From Candidatus Peregrinibacteria bacterium (GTDB taxonomy: Bacteria > Patescibacteriota > Gracilibacteria > UBA1369 > GCA-2718715), in assembly GCA_014240275.1 (NCBI GenBank), contig JAAZXH010000008.1, positions 32,653 to 96,652 of the forward strand: 64,000 nt of DNA. The letters are read 5' to 3'. Made by a program: the position numbers and the translations under genes. Shown here piece by piece: positions 30,318 through 40,235 of this stretch. Every line of letters begins with the position of its first letter. Position 1 is the stretch's first letter. Under the pieces are notes generated by a model. It was not told where the DNA came from, ran no database searches, and saw only the letters and a list, made by a program, of their open reading frames with translations.

Positions 30318-30728
30318 TTGTAAAGTTCCTTTAAAATTATCATAAACTACATTCAACTCTGTTAAAGACATTTTTTCAGGGTCAGCGCCCAACCTATTCA
30401 ACATTAAAGTGGCATTAAATCGCTTTTGTATAATTGAAAGACGATCTGAACCAAAAATAAAACTAAAAGATTTTATTTTTGCAAATATAGAATTCACTAA
30501 AACAATTAATTTTTTACGTCCTAAAACTTGAGATTTTTTAGGAGGAGTATTATTTTTACTATTAGAGTTGGTTTGTGAATTACTTGAGTCAGTAACTGGA
30601 ATATTACTCACTATAGTTTTTAAATCTGAACTTAAATCAGAAAGAAATTGTTCAGGATTTAATTGAGACGTATCATCATCTATAGACTTATCCTTATCGG
30701 ATAGACTTTCTATATTTTTAAGATTCAT
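30309..30728 (-). CDS. Hypothetical protein (~139 aa)
   Basis: Open frame filling the gap between two + strand genes. ATG at 30728 chosen; the longer ORF call overlaps the divergent gene. Confidence 0.45.
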   Translation of the reverse strand: MNLKNIESLSDKDKSIDDDTSQLNPEQFLSDLSSDLKTIVSNIPVTDSSNSQTNSNSKNNTPPKKSQVLGRKKLIVLVNSIFAKIKSFSFIFGSDRLSIIQKRFNATLMLNRLGADPEKMSLTELNVVYDNFKGTLQSE

Positions 30729-30756
30729 ATAAAATGTTAATGTCTTAAATATAAAT

Positions 30757-32229
30757 ATGAAGAAATTTACGAAAATTCTACTTACTATAATAATAGCAAC
30801 AAACCTATACTCAACACAAGCCCAAGAAAACAACCCAATAAAATCCCCAAAACTTATCAAGGCTGGTGAACCTAGTAATTTTTCTATAAATGACCAAAAC
30901 TCAAAAACTAAATGGGATTTTGGTAACGGTAATAAAGACACAGGTGCAAATGTTGCACACACATACAATAAAGCCGGTATATATGAATTGAAAATAGAAA
31001 ACCAAAACCAAACAAACACACAAGAAATTCAAGTCTACCAAGAAATAAACCTATTGATTCATGATAAAAATAATTTAGAAAAATATATTAACAACACACA
31101 AACTTTAGCAAACAACAACCAAAACCAAATCATAGCATTAGACACAAACAAGCATACCAACCCGTTTATAAACCAAGAAATAATTCTTGAGAAACTAACT
31201 CAACTACAAGCTATAAATTTTGAGAAAATAGACAACATCATAATCTGGACAGACAATAATAACGGAATAAACCCTTTAATTCAATATTTAACAAAAAACC
31301 AAGAAATTAAAGTCGATAAAAAAAACATCTATATAGTAAATAATAAATTTGATAACAAAACACGATTAATAAGACAACAAAGAAGATTAAAAGCTAAAAA
31401 CATGTATGTTATTAAAAGCCCTAATCTATACAGCTTAGCAGATAGTCAAAACACCAAAGAATTTGAAAAAAAACTTAAAGAAGGACTACTAGAATACGTA
31501 GAAATCAAACCAGAAAACTATATATATAATCCACTAAAATTCTTATCACTTTCGATAGATTATTTAAGTGAAAAAGGAATACCAGAAAACCTAATTCAAC
31601 TCCTATTGCTAATACCCCTGATTTGCTTCTGGATTAGCTTTTTAAAACAAATAATAGGCCTATCAACAATAGGAGTATATCTGCCAATTGTTATTACACT
31701 CTGCTTTCTGATCTTAGGAATTTCAGTTGGGACAATCACAATGGCAATCGTATTTTTTGCAAGTAGCCTGAGCTCATACCTACTTAATAAAGTGCGAATG
31801 TTATACAGTCCAAAAACTTCGCTAACAATAGTAATTACCAGCCTAATATATACTATGAGCTTGAGCCTTTTAATTAAATTTAAAATTCTAGATATATATA
31901 CAGGCCTAATGACAGTCTTCCCTACAATAATCATGTTAACTATGGCAGAAAAATTTGCCAATATTGTAAATTCTAAAGGATTAAAAAGTTGTTTTTTTAC
32001 AACACTTGAAACGTATTTAGTTATAATACTAACATACATACTTTGTGGAGGTACTTATTACTATCAATCCAAAGTTTATTCATTCCAATTCTTCAATCAA
32101 CACATTATCAACAGTCCAGAATTAATAATACTGCTAAGTGTATTTATATTTATTATTGGTAGATATACAGGGCTACAAGTGAGCGAATACTTCAGATTTA
32201 GAAAAATTTTAGATAACATCGAAGAATGA
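30757..32229 (+). CDS. PKD-domain protein with C-terminal 7TM domain (7TM_transglut-like)
   Basis: Signal peptide, PKD motif WDFGNG...HTYNKAGIY, then LLIP, KQIIGLSTIGVYLP, VFPTIIM..MAEKF and GRYTGLQVSEYFRF, typical of the 7TM domain found beside ATP-grasp ligases. Confidence 0.82.
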   Translation: MKKFTKILLTIIIATNLYSTQAQENNPIKSPKLIKAGEPSNFSINDQNSKTKWDFGNGNKDTGANVAHTYNKAGIYELKIENQNQTNTQEIQVYQEINLLIHDKNNLEKYINNTQTLANNNQNQIIALDTNKHTNPFINQEIILEKLTQLQAINFEKIDNIIIWTDNNNGINPLIQYLTKNQEIKVDKKNIYIVNNKFDNKTRLIRQQRRLKAKNMYVIKSPNLYSLADSQNTKEFEKKLKEGLLEYVEIKPENYIYNPLKFLSLSIDYLSEKGIPENLIQLLLLIPLICFWISFLKQIIGLSTIGVYLPIVITLCFLILGISVGTITMAIVFFASSLSSYLLNKVRMLYSPKTSLTIVITSLIYTMSLSLLIKFKILDIYTGLMTVFPTIIMLTMAEKFANIVNSKGLKSCFFTTLETYLVIILTYILCGGTYYYQSKVYSFQFFNQHIINSPELIILLSVFIFIIGRYTGLQVSEYFRFRKILDNIEE

Positions 32230-34592
32230 TCAAATTTAAAGACATACTAGGAATAAACAGCAGGTATCTTGATTTCATCCTAAAATACAACAGTCAAGAA
32301 AAAATGAAATTTGCAGATTCCAAACTAAAGACAAAACAATATCTCCAAGCCAGAGGGATACCAGTACCAAAACTACATGCAATAATTGACTCTTACGAGA
32401 ATTTAAAAAAATTTGACTTTAACAACTTGCCGAATTCAACTGTTATAAAACCCAACCAAGGATCAAGAGGAAGAGGCATTATTCCTTTTAAACAAATCAA
32501 AACTAACGACTTTATAACAGTTAATGAGAAACATTATACTACAGATGAAATTAAATCTCACATCGCAGATATCATAGATGGTAAATATTCACTAGGAAAC
32601 ATAAGAGATAAAGCATTTTTTGAACAAAGAATAATAACTGACAAATCCTTACAAGCATTATCATACAAAGGACTACCAGATATAAGAATAATTGTATACA
32701 AAGAAACCCCAGCAATGGCAATGTTAAGACTACCAAACAAACAATCAGACGGAAAAGCAAACCTTGATGCAGGTGCATACGGATTTGGTATAGACCTAGC
32801 CACCGGTAAATTAACATATATGATAAAAGACAAACAGATTTATCAAAACTATCAAGAATTAATTCAAATACCAAATGATTTTAAAGTGCCATATTTTGAT
32901 GAAATTCTAAATATCGTATGTGAATGCCAAAAACATACCGGACTAGGATTTTTAGGGTGTGATATTGCAATAGATCAAAACAACGGACCAGTATTAATCG
33001 AAACCAATGCGAGGCCTGGTTTATCAATTCAACTCGCAAATAAAGCTGGTCTCAAAAAAAGACTTATTCAAATAAACCAAATCAAAACTAAAAATATTAG
33101 TCAAAAAATTCAAACAGCAAAATCATTATTTTCTGATAAAAGTAGTAAGCCAAACAAGGAAAATAAAGAGAGAGTTTTAGGCTCCTATGAAAAAGTCAAC
33201 TTAATCGATCACAAAAAAATTCTAACCGGAAAGATCAACCCTACATCTAATAAAAACTTTATACCCCAAGAACTATATAAGCAGTTAAAAATTCAAGAAG
33301 AAAATCCAAAAATTAAAATCAGACTTGGTGGTTTAAGACAATCGTTAATTTTTGAGGTTAAAAAAGGTATTAAAGAAATAGAAATTGGGATAGGTAATAA
33401 TCAGAACTACCTATATAATCACACAAAAAAAGAGCAAAATAAATTACCTTCAATCAAAGTTAAAAAGCCAAAATTTGAATTCTACTTTAAACCACAAATA
33501 AATTATGGAGAAGTCGACTTCCAAATACATCAAATCAGTAAAAAGTTAAAAATCCTAAGTAAACTTACACCTAAAAACCTAGAGTCTGAAATTAAAAAAT
33601 TTAAAGAAAACACAAATTACAATCCACAGTTCGAATATGAAGACTTCAGTGACTTTTTATTTGAAAACATTAAAAAATTAAGAAACATTAAGGTCGAGGG
33701 AGATGTTTTAGGACAAATATTTTTCAAAAAAATTAAATACTTAGAAAAAAACCTAAAAATGATTGCATGTATCGGAACAGAACAATATAGCGAAGCAAGT
33801 TTAGATATCTATCGTGCTCCAACTATAAAAGAATTAGAATTAGCTGAAAAACACAAAAAAAATTCTAAACAGTACGACCAGTCAACTAATCTTTCTGCTA
33901 ATGAGGCAAAAAAAATATTCTTAAAATTTGCAGAAAGCTCAAAACTTAAAAATATAGAGGTACAAATTAAAAATGATATGATTTCAGATGTAAGTGTAAA
34001 CAAAAAGGGAACAATTTTTTTAAACAAAAATGCAAAATTCAACGAACAAAGAATTGAAAAATTAATAGCTCATGAAATTGAAACTCACATATACACAGCT
34101 ATTAACGGTAAAGACCAACCCTATCAAATCTTTCAAGATGGGCTAGCTAATTATTTATACACCCAAGAAGGTCTAGCAGTATACAACCAAGAAAAACAAT
34201 TAGGTTTTAAAGAACCATGCCATGGAGCCAATACACTAATAAATAATAACTTAGTATACCAAAATTCCTTTGCAAACGGATATAAAGCACTAAAAAAACA
34301 AGGCTTATCAGATAATGAAGCTCTAAAAGCCTGCTTAAAAACCAAACGTGGCCTAAATGACACTAGTCAAAAAGGTGGGAGCTTTAAACCTTCTGTCTAT
34401 TTTATAGGAGTTCAAATGATCACAAAATTCCTAAACGAAAAAGGAGATTATAACAACTTATATATAGGGAAAATAAACATTGAAGACATCAAGCTTATTA
34501 AACAGGTGAAATCTTTAAATCCAGCCAAATTACTACCAAGATGTTATCAAAAAATTCAACGCATCAACAAGGAGGCGTCACCAAATGAATAA
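32226..34592 (+). CDS. Fusion: ATP-grasp (alpha-L-glutamate ligase-like / ATPgrasp_ST) + degenerate aspartyl-protease-like domain + DUF1704/QEGLA metallopeptidase
   Basis: LGINSR, DSKLKTK, VIKPNQGSRGRGI, GLPDIRII, GKANL, GFLGCDI, IETNARPGLSIQLAN; C-terminal HEIETH (34071-34088), QEGLA (34164-34178), KRG and LYIGK. Confidence 0.85.
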   Translation: MIKFKDILGINSRYLDFILKYNSQEKMKFADSKLKTKQYLQARGIPVPKLHAIIDSYENLKKFDFNNLPNSTVIKPNQGSRGRGIIPFKQIKTNDFITVNEKHYTTDEIKSHIADIIDGKYSLGNIRDKAFFEQRIITDKSLQALSYKGLPDIRIIVYKETPAMAMLRLPNKQSDGKANLDAGAYGFGIDLATGKLTYMIKDKQIYQNYQELIQIPNDFKVPYFDEILNIVCECQKHTGLGFLGCDIAIDQNNGPVLIETNARPGLSIQLANKAGLKKRLIQINQIKTKNISQKIQTAKSLFSDKSSKPNKENKERVLGSYEKVNLIDHKKILTGKINPTSNKNFIPQELYKQLKIQEENPKIKIRLGGLRQSLIFEVKKGIKEIEIGIGNNQNYLYNHTKKEQNKLPSIKVKKPKFEFYFKPQINYGEVDFQIHQISKKLKILSKLTPKNLESEIKKFKENTNYNPQFEYEDFSDFLFENIKKLRNIKVEGDVLGQIFFKKIKYLEKNLKMIACIGTEQYSEASLDIYRAPTIKELELAEKHKKNSKQYDQSTNLSANEAKKIFLKFAESSKLKNIEVQIKNDMISDVSVNKKGTIFLNKNAKFNEQRIEKLIAHEIETHIYTAINGKDQPYQIFQDGLANYLYTQEGLAVYNQEKQLGFKEPCHGANTLINNNLVYQNSFANGYKALKKQGLSDNEALKACLKTKRGLNDTSQKGGSFKPSVYFIGVQMITKFLNEKGDYNNLYIGKINIEDIKLIKQVKSLNPAKLLPRCYQKIQRINKEASPNE

Positions 34593-35596
34593 AAACGATA
34601 ATCACTAGCCATTGCATGTTCATATATTTTGCGTGTTGCTTCACAACCTATAAATGCATTAATCAAAAGCAAAAGTGTGGATTTAGGCAAATGAAAATTT
34701 GTTAAAATACCATCAACCACAAAATCATCAAATGGTGGCTTAATAAAAATTTGTGTTTCTCCCTGTTGAGGCACAAATTTATTTGTTTCAAAATCAAAAA
34801 CGGTTTGAAGCACACGTAAGGCAGTAGTCCCTAAAGCAATAATAGGATTATTATTAACCTTAGCATGATTCAAGTCAACAGACGCAGCCTCAGAAAACTC
34901 ATAGTACTCTGAATGCATCTCATGATCAAAAATACTCTCTTTAATTGGAGCAAAGGTACCCAAACCAACATGCAAACAAACATCAATAAATTTTACACCT
35001 TTATCTTCTAATTTCTTCAAAACTTGATCTGTGAAATGTAAAGAAGCTGTAGGAGCCGCAACAGAACCTTTAGTTTTAGCAAAAACAGTTTGATAACGAT
35101 CTTTATAGTAATTTGGATCATCAACATCAATATAAGGTGGTAGTGGAACCTCTCCATGAGACTCTAAGAATGCTAATATATCAAAAGAATGGATGTTACC
35201 AACATACTGGATGATACGATGACCAGAGTCTGAAACACTTAAAACTTCAAAAACAAAACCACCAATTCTAAAAACTTTTCCTATTTTAAATTTCTTACCC
35301 GGCCTTACTAAAGCTACAAAGGATTTGTTGTTTATTTTTTTTAAAAAAAATAATTCATGTTCTGACTTATCAATCATAAACCTTAAGCGTGCTGGAATAA
35401 CCCTTGAGACATTCCTGACCAAATAAGAATTCTTTGGTATCAAATTTACTATTTCTGAAAATTTATAATCAGTAATCTTACCTGAATTATAATACAATAA
35501 AGAACTCATATCACGTTTATCAGAAGGTGCATTAGCAATTAACGATTTAGGTAAATCAAAATTGAAAAATAAATTAGCAGGAAGCGTGGAATTCAT
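34556..35596 (-). CDS. queA: S-adenosylmethionine:tRNA ribosyltransferase-isomerase
   Basis: VIPARL, GEVPLPPYI, YQTVFA, GSVAAPTASLHF, HVGLGTF, TNFHLPKSTL, YRFYSFGDA. Confidence 0.96.
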   Translation of the reverse strand: MNSTLPANLFFNFDLPKSLIANAPSDKRDMSSLLYYNSGKITDYKFSEIVNLIPKNSYLVRNVSRVIPARLRFMIDKSEHELFFLKKINNKSFVALVRPGKKFKIGKVFRIGGFVFEVLSVSDSGHRIIQYVGNIHSFDILAFLESHGEVPLPPYIDVDDPNYYKDRYQTVFAKTKGSVAAPTASLHFTDQVLKKLEDKGVKFIDVCLHVGLGTFAPIKESIFDHEMHSEYYEFSEAASVDLNHAKVNNNPIIALGTTALRVLQTVFDFETNKFVPQQGETQIFIKPPFDDFVVDGILTNFHLPKSTLLLLINAFIGCEATRKIYEHAMASDYRFYSFGDASLLMR

Positions 35597-35666
35597 AATA
35601 ATAAATATATAAAAACACAGACATGTTACAATATATCATCTAAAACAGTCAAGAAAACAATATAAA

Positions 35667-36779
35667 CTAAAAACTAGTGCTAAATTCTTTTTGATTAGGA
35701 TCAGCAACACCAGTATATTTTATTATACATAAAGTTATATCATCCAGCTGCAAAGAACCATTGGCGTAAATATCTAAATCTAATTTTATTTTTTCATAAA
35801 CTTCATTAACAGTAGGCAAATGGGAATATTTAGATATTAGATCTACTAGGCCAGTTGGACCAAACAATTTTCCATTTTGATCTTTCAATTCGGTCACTCC
35901 ATCTGATGCCAAGACCATAACGTCGCCATCTACTAGTTGTAATGATTTTTGCTCTAACTTCTTTGAAATATCTTCGAGTAAACCAAGAGCTACACCCTTA
36001 GTATCAAAAGATTCAACAACTGCTTCAGATTGTCTAAATATATGAATTTTTTCATAACCACAAGGATAATACAGAACCTTGCCTTGATCATTCAAATTCA
36101 TAAATACGGAACTTAAAAACATTGATGCTGAAGTATTTGACTTTAAAAAAGAATTCAATAATACAATTAGTTTATCTAATACAAGAGACTGATTAGTTAA
36201 AAACATAGTTTGAACCATAATCATAATCAGTGCAGCAGGGGCACCATGACCTGTGGCATCAGCTAAATAAAGGTCAAAACCAGATTTAGTAGGCCTAAAA
36301 TTAAACATATCTCCACCTAATTCATCAGCAGAACGGTGCTTAACCAAAAACTGATAATTTTTAAGTTTTAACGTATTAGAAGGTAATAAGTTTTCTTGAA
36401 TGTGTTGGGCCATAGTTAGCTCTGTATACATTCGTTGACCAGATTTAATATAGGAAGCTACATTTTCAAAATTATAAACTAAATCATTCACAAAAAAACA
36501 TATCAAACCATATTCATCTAAACCAAGATCAGGTAATTTCTGATAAGGTTTTTTGGCTATAATATTTGCAATTTGATTCGCAATTAATTGTAATTTAACA
36601 ACAAAAGATCTCCAAATAGCAAAAGGAAGCAAAACTATTACTATACAGGAATAATACAACAAAAACATAGCATCGAACTTCAATATTTCTAAAAAAGATA
36701 ACATCAAAGGAAGAAACATCACCACAATCAGTAGAAGAATTTTATAAAAAACTCGATGTGAATATAAAACAAATTGCAT
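35667..36779 (-). CDS. Membrane-anchored PP2C/SpoIIE (RsbU-like) serine phosphatase
   Basis: Two TM helices, HAMP-like linker, AQHIQENLLP, GGDMF, ADATGHG, SDGVTE, DDIT. Confidence 0.9.
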   Translation of the reverse strand: MQFVLYSHRVFYKILLLIVVMFLPLMLSFLEILKFDAMFLLYYSCIVIVLLPFAIWRSFVVKLQLIANQIANIIAKKPYQKLPDLGLDEYGLICFFVNDLVYNFENVASYIKSGQRMYTELTMAQHIQENLLPSNTLKLKNYQFLVKHRSADELGGDMFNFRPTKSGFDLYLADATGHGAPAALIMIMVQTMFLTNQSLVLDKLIVLLNSFLKSNTSASMFLSSVFMNLNDQGKVLYYPCGYEKIHIFRQSEAVVESFDTKGVALGLLEDISKKLEQKSLQLVDGDVMVLASDGVTELKDQNGKLFGPTGLVDLISKYSHLPTVNEVYEKIKLDLDIYANGSLQLDDITLCIIKYTGVADPNQKEFSTSF

Positions 36780-36780
36780 A

Positions 36781-37134
36781 TTAAATTAGTGATTTAATAA
36801 AAACATCAAGGTCTTTTTGATACTCTATTAATTCAAAAACACCTAAATTGTCAAATATATCATATACTTGAGGTTGAGCTTGAGATAAAACCAACTTTTG
36901 TTTATTGTTTAATAACTTTTCTGATAAACTTATTAAATATCCAACATATTGTGAATTTACATATGACAAGTATTTTAAATCAAATACTAAATTGGGAACA
37001 TGTAAATCTAAAACATATTTATCGATTTTTTTTTGAATTTCATTAATACAGGTGTTATCAATTTCACCTTTAAATTGTAACAAAACATAAGGGTCAGAGT
37101 GAACCGGTTTATTAACTTCAATTAATTCGTACAT
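36781..37134 (-). CDS. STAS-domain anti-sigma factor antagonist (RsbV/SpoIIAA-like)
   Basis: GEID, DLKYLSYVNS (phospho-acceptor Ser position), VYDIFDNLG. Confidence 0.88.
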   Translation of the reverse strand: MYELIEVNKPVHSDPYVLLQFKGEIDNTCINEIQKKIDKYVLDLHVPNLVFDLKYLSYVNSQYVGYLISLSEKLLNNKQKLVLSQAQPQVYDIFDNLGVFELIEYQKDLDVFIKSLI

Positions 37135-37172
37135 AAAGTATACTTATATATAAAGCATACCAAGTATACAAC

Positions 37173-39407
37173 TTATAATAAATCCTTGACCATAAAATAC
37201 TCTTTACGTGCAGACAACATATGGTAAGCCTTTAACAAAGTTTCTAACAAATCCTTATCGTTGTCATAATCAGCATATTCATTATTCAATGATAGCTCCA
37301 AGATAGAAACTAAGTGGGACTTAAAAGACTGATTTTCTAAACGAGATAAAACCATACGCATTTTAGAATAATCTAAATCGGATAAACTAAATGCAATTGG
37401 CTTATCAACATAGGTACTAAATAACAACTTAGCAGTAACAGAACTAAACCTCTCAACACTATCAAACATAGCAGACAAGTCATAATTTAAAGCTAAAACT
37501 AAAGCTTCTAACTGAACTTCAACCTCAGAACTATTCAAGTTTTTATAAATCAAACTATTAAATTTACTAGATTTATAATATAAATGTAAATCAGCTAATT
37601 CATAAAAAACAGTTCGCTTATCTAAATTCAAACTATTTACAAAACTTATAACATTGTCATCATCAACCAACTTAAATAGTTCATAAGTATCCTTAAACAA
37701 CTGTAGATCCATGATTTCAGTTAAATTACGTAAATTTAATTCAATCACAGCGATATCAGAAGAAAGCATTGCTTGAAATAAATAAATTTCCGCCAGTACA
37801 CGCTTCGACCTTCCATTTACAGATAAATCTCGAGCTTGATTTAATAACTTATTTAAAGTAAAAGGTCTAGCCCTTAACTGATCAATGTTATTCTTTAATA
37901 TATGAGATATAACATCAAAAATTCTTACATCATCAATATAGTTATACTCTAACAAACCGAGTAACTCATCAAGATAATCTAAATCCGCATATTTCTTAAA
38001 TAACTCTAAGATCTCTAACTGCAAATCTTTATCCAAATGTGGATGAGCAACTAAATATTTAATTAAAAATTGAAAATCAATATAAGAAGGATTTTGATGT
38101 AAAATAGAAATAGCATTTAATTTCGTACTTAATTTTTTTGATTTCAATAATGCCTTCTTAGGAGATCTTAAATAATCTTTACTGAATTTAGTAGTAGCAA
38201 AAGTAACAATACCAAGCATCAATAACGAAACAACATTTAAAAACATATCTAAATTCAAAAACTCTAGAATAAATATAATCAAAAAGGAACTAATAATCAT
38301 TCCAAGTGGTTTAACAACACCCTCTAAAAATTCCATTACATAACTACGAGAAGAATGTTTAAAAGAATAGAATGTAGCATGATATGCATTTAAGAATGTA
38401 ACGTCAGAAATATCATGGTTAGTTTTAACAAACAGAAGGCTTAAAAAACCAGGGTTAGTAAACATCGAAATTAAAGAAAAAATCATAATAATAGGCGACA
38501 GCAATAAAGACTTAATAACACCTAAAAAATTCATTACCCTAGAAGCTAAAAAGAACTGGTAAACCAAAGTCATCCCACCAATAATCATATGAAAAAAACC
38601 TAAGTCAAAAGCCATCGAATGATCATCATGACCATGATCAGCGAATTGTGAAACAAAATCTAAAAACTGAAATTCCAAAACATAAAAAAATGCAAATTGG
38701 AATAAAATTATAATAGCTAAATAGGTTAAACCAGAATAATTTAAAATATCATTAAATTTAACTCGACTATGCTTTGCATGACTATGAGAAATAACTTTAG
38801 CTGGAACACTAACCGATCTATCATTAAAAATTAATAGAATAGGCAAGTTCATTAAAACTAAAATAGAACTAAGTGCTAATAAAGATGATAATTCAAAGAA
38901 AGTAGAAAAAACCGAAATCAAAATACCAGCCAATACAGTACCAATGGTTTCAGCACTTTCTATAAGTGGAAAAATACGAGTACTTTGACTTGGTGAGAAT
39001 AAACTTTCAAAAAATAATAATTTGGAAATTTTCATTTGAGACCAAAAAACTGCTAAAGTAAAAAGCAGTAAGCTAGCAAAAATCCAAAAATTCGAAAGAA
39101 AGAAATAAGAAGACAAAATCAAAGCCAAACTACACAAAAAACTCATACCTATAATCAATAAGGTACGATTTTTTGAACTTACAAAATTTTTAAATAAGAA
39201 AAAACCGAAGATTGTTAACAATCCATAGACAATAAAGAGTCTTGGTATGATAGTTAAATCAAAAACATCAATTGCTAAAACAATTAATACAGTCCAAGAA
39301 ATTACAAAAACCAAGCGTGAAACTAGAGCTAAAGACCAACAAACTAAAAAATCCTTAATTTCACTACGATTTAATCTAAAATGACTTAATATATTCAAAA
39401 AAAACAA
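37173..39407 (-). CDS. MFS-fold transporter (TLC/NTT nucleotide-translocase-like) with C-terminal helical (HEAT-like) region
   Basis: About 12 TM helices in the first ~410 aa; LFSPSQSTRIFPLI..AETIG and EGVVKPLG motifs; soluble helical tail. Start codon uncertain (TTG). Confidence 0.6.
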   Translation of the reverse strand: MFFLNILSHFRLNRSEIKDFLVCWSLALVSRLVFVISWTVLIVLAIDVFDLTIIPRLFIVYGLLTIFGFFLFKNFVSSKNRTLLIIGMSFLCSLALILSSYFFLSNFWIFASLLLFTLAVFWSQMKISKLLFFESLFSPSQSTRIFPLIESAETIGTVLAGILISVFSTFFELSSLLALSSILVLMNLPILLIFNDRSVSVPAKVISHSHAKHSRVKFNDILNYSGLTYLAIIILFQFAFFYVLEFQFLDFVSQFADHGHDDHSMAFDLGFFHMIIGGMTLVYQFFLASRVMNFLGVIKSLLLSPIIMIFSLISMFTNPGFLSLLFVKTNHDISDVTFLNAYHATFYSFKHSSRSYVMEFLEGVVKPLGMIISSFLIIFILEFLNLDMFLNVVSLLMLGIVTFATTKFSKDYLRSPKKALLKSKKLSTKLNAISILHQNPSYIDFQFLIKYLVAHPHLDKDLQLEILELFKKYADLDYLDELLGLLEYNYIDDVRIFDVISHILKNNIDQLRARPFTLNKLLNQARDLSVNGRSKRVLAEIYLFQAMLSSDIAVIELNLRNLTEIMDLQLFKDTYELFKLVDDDNVISFVNSLNLDKRTVFYELADLHLYYKSSKFNSLIYKNLNSSEVEVQLEALVLALNYDLSAMFDSVERFSSVTAKLLFSTYVDKPIAFSLSDLDYSKMRMVLSRLENQSFKSHLVSILELSLNNEYADYDNDKDLLETLLKAYHMLSARKEYFMVKDLL

Positions 39408-39441
39408 TTATATTCATATAATTATATCACATTTTAAACAT

Positions 39442-39465
39442 AAAAAAAAGGCGGATAACCGCCTT
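39442..39465 (-). terminator. Intrinsic terminator after tsf
   Basis: AAGGCGG-TTAT-CCGCCTT followed by a T run on the minus strand. Confidence 0.82.
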
Positions 39466-39472
39466 ATCTTTT

Positions 39473-40234
39473 TTAGATCTTGTAAAGTCTAAACCCAGTA
39501 ACCTTTGCATTGTTTGCAGCGGCAAACTCTTCAATAGTTTGATCTGGATTCATAACGAAACTTTGTGAATTTAAAGCTACATCTGAACGTAGTTTAGATT
39601 CTTTACCAGTTAAAATTTTATCCCAAATTGACTCTGGCTTATTAGAACTTGCAAGCTCTTCCTTAGCAAAAGCTAACTCTTTATCAATATAAACCTGATC
39701 AACATCTGATTTATTTAAAGCTTTAGGCGAAGTAGCAGTAACATGCATAGCGATTTGTTTTGCAATTTCTTCATTACCACCTTCTAAAATAGCTACTGCT
39801 CCTAATTTATTATTAGAATGTACATAGGTACCAAGAACATTACCATCTAGAGTTTCAGAAGATTTTAAAACAACATTTTCACCCATTTTTAAACCGAGAT
39901 CTGAAATTTCTGCATCTGCAATTTCTGTTCCAGATAAAACCTGATTAGCAAAATCCTTAACAGTGTTTATAAAATCTTCGTTCTTTGAAACAAAATCAGT
40001 TTCACACGCAATTGTAATAGCTGCAGCTTTAGAACCATCTTTTACGATAGAAACGACACCTTCAGAAGTAGTACGTTCTGATCTTTCTTTAGCTTTAGCT
40101 TCTCCTTTTTTACGAAGTAAATCAAAAGCCACATCAAGATCACCAGCAGCTTCCTCTAAAGCTTTTTTACAAGCACTAATGGAAACACCAGATTGATCTC
40201 TAAGCTGCTTGATTAAATCAATTGTAATATTCAT
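39473..40234 (-). CDS. tsf: Translation elongation factor Ts
   Basis: IKQLRDQSG..CKKAL, CETDFVSKN, IAMHV. Confidence 0.96.
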   Translation of the reverse strand: MNITIDLIKQLRDQSGVSISACKKALEEAAGDLDVAFDLLRKKGEAKAKERSERTTSEGVVSIVKDGSKAAAITIACETDFVSKNEDFINTVKDFANQVLSGTEIADAEISDLGLKMGENVVLKSSETLDGNVLGTYVHSNNKLGAVAILEGGNEEIAKQIAMHVTATSPKALNKSDVDQVYIDKELAFAKEELASSNKPESIWDKILTGKESKLRSDVALNSQSFVMNPDQTIEEFAAANNAKVTGFRLYKI

Positions 40235-40235
40235 T

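Noticed and set aside
30729-31019. N-terminal extension of the 236-aa minus-strand ORF
   Set aside because: It is antisense to the PKD/7TM gene and reads as a shadow frame; only 30309-30728 was kept.
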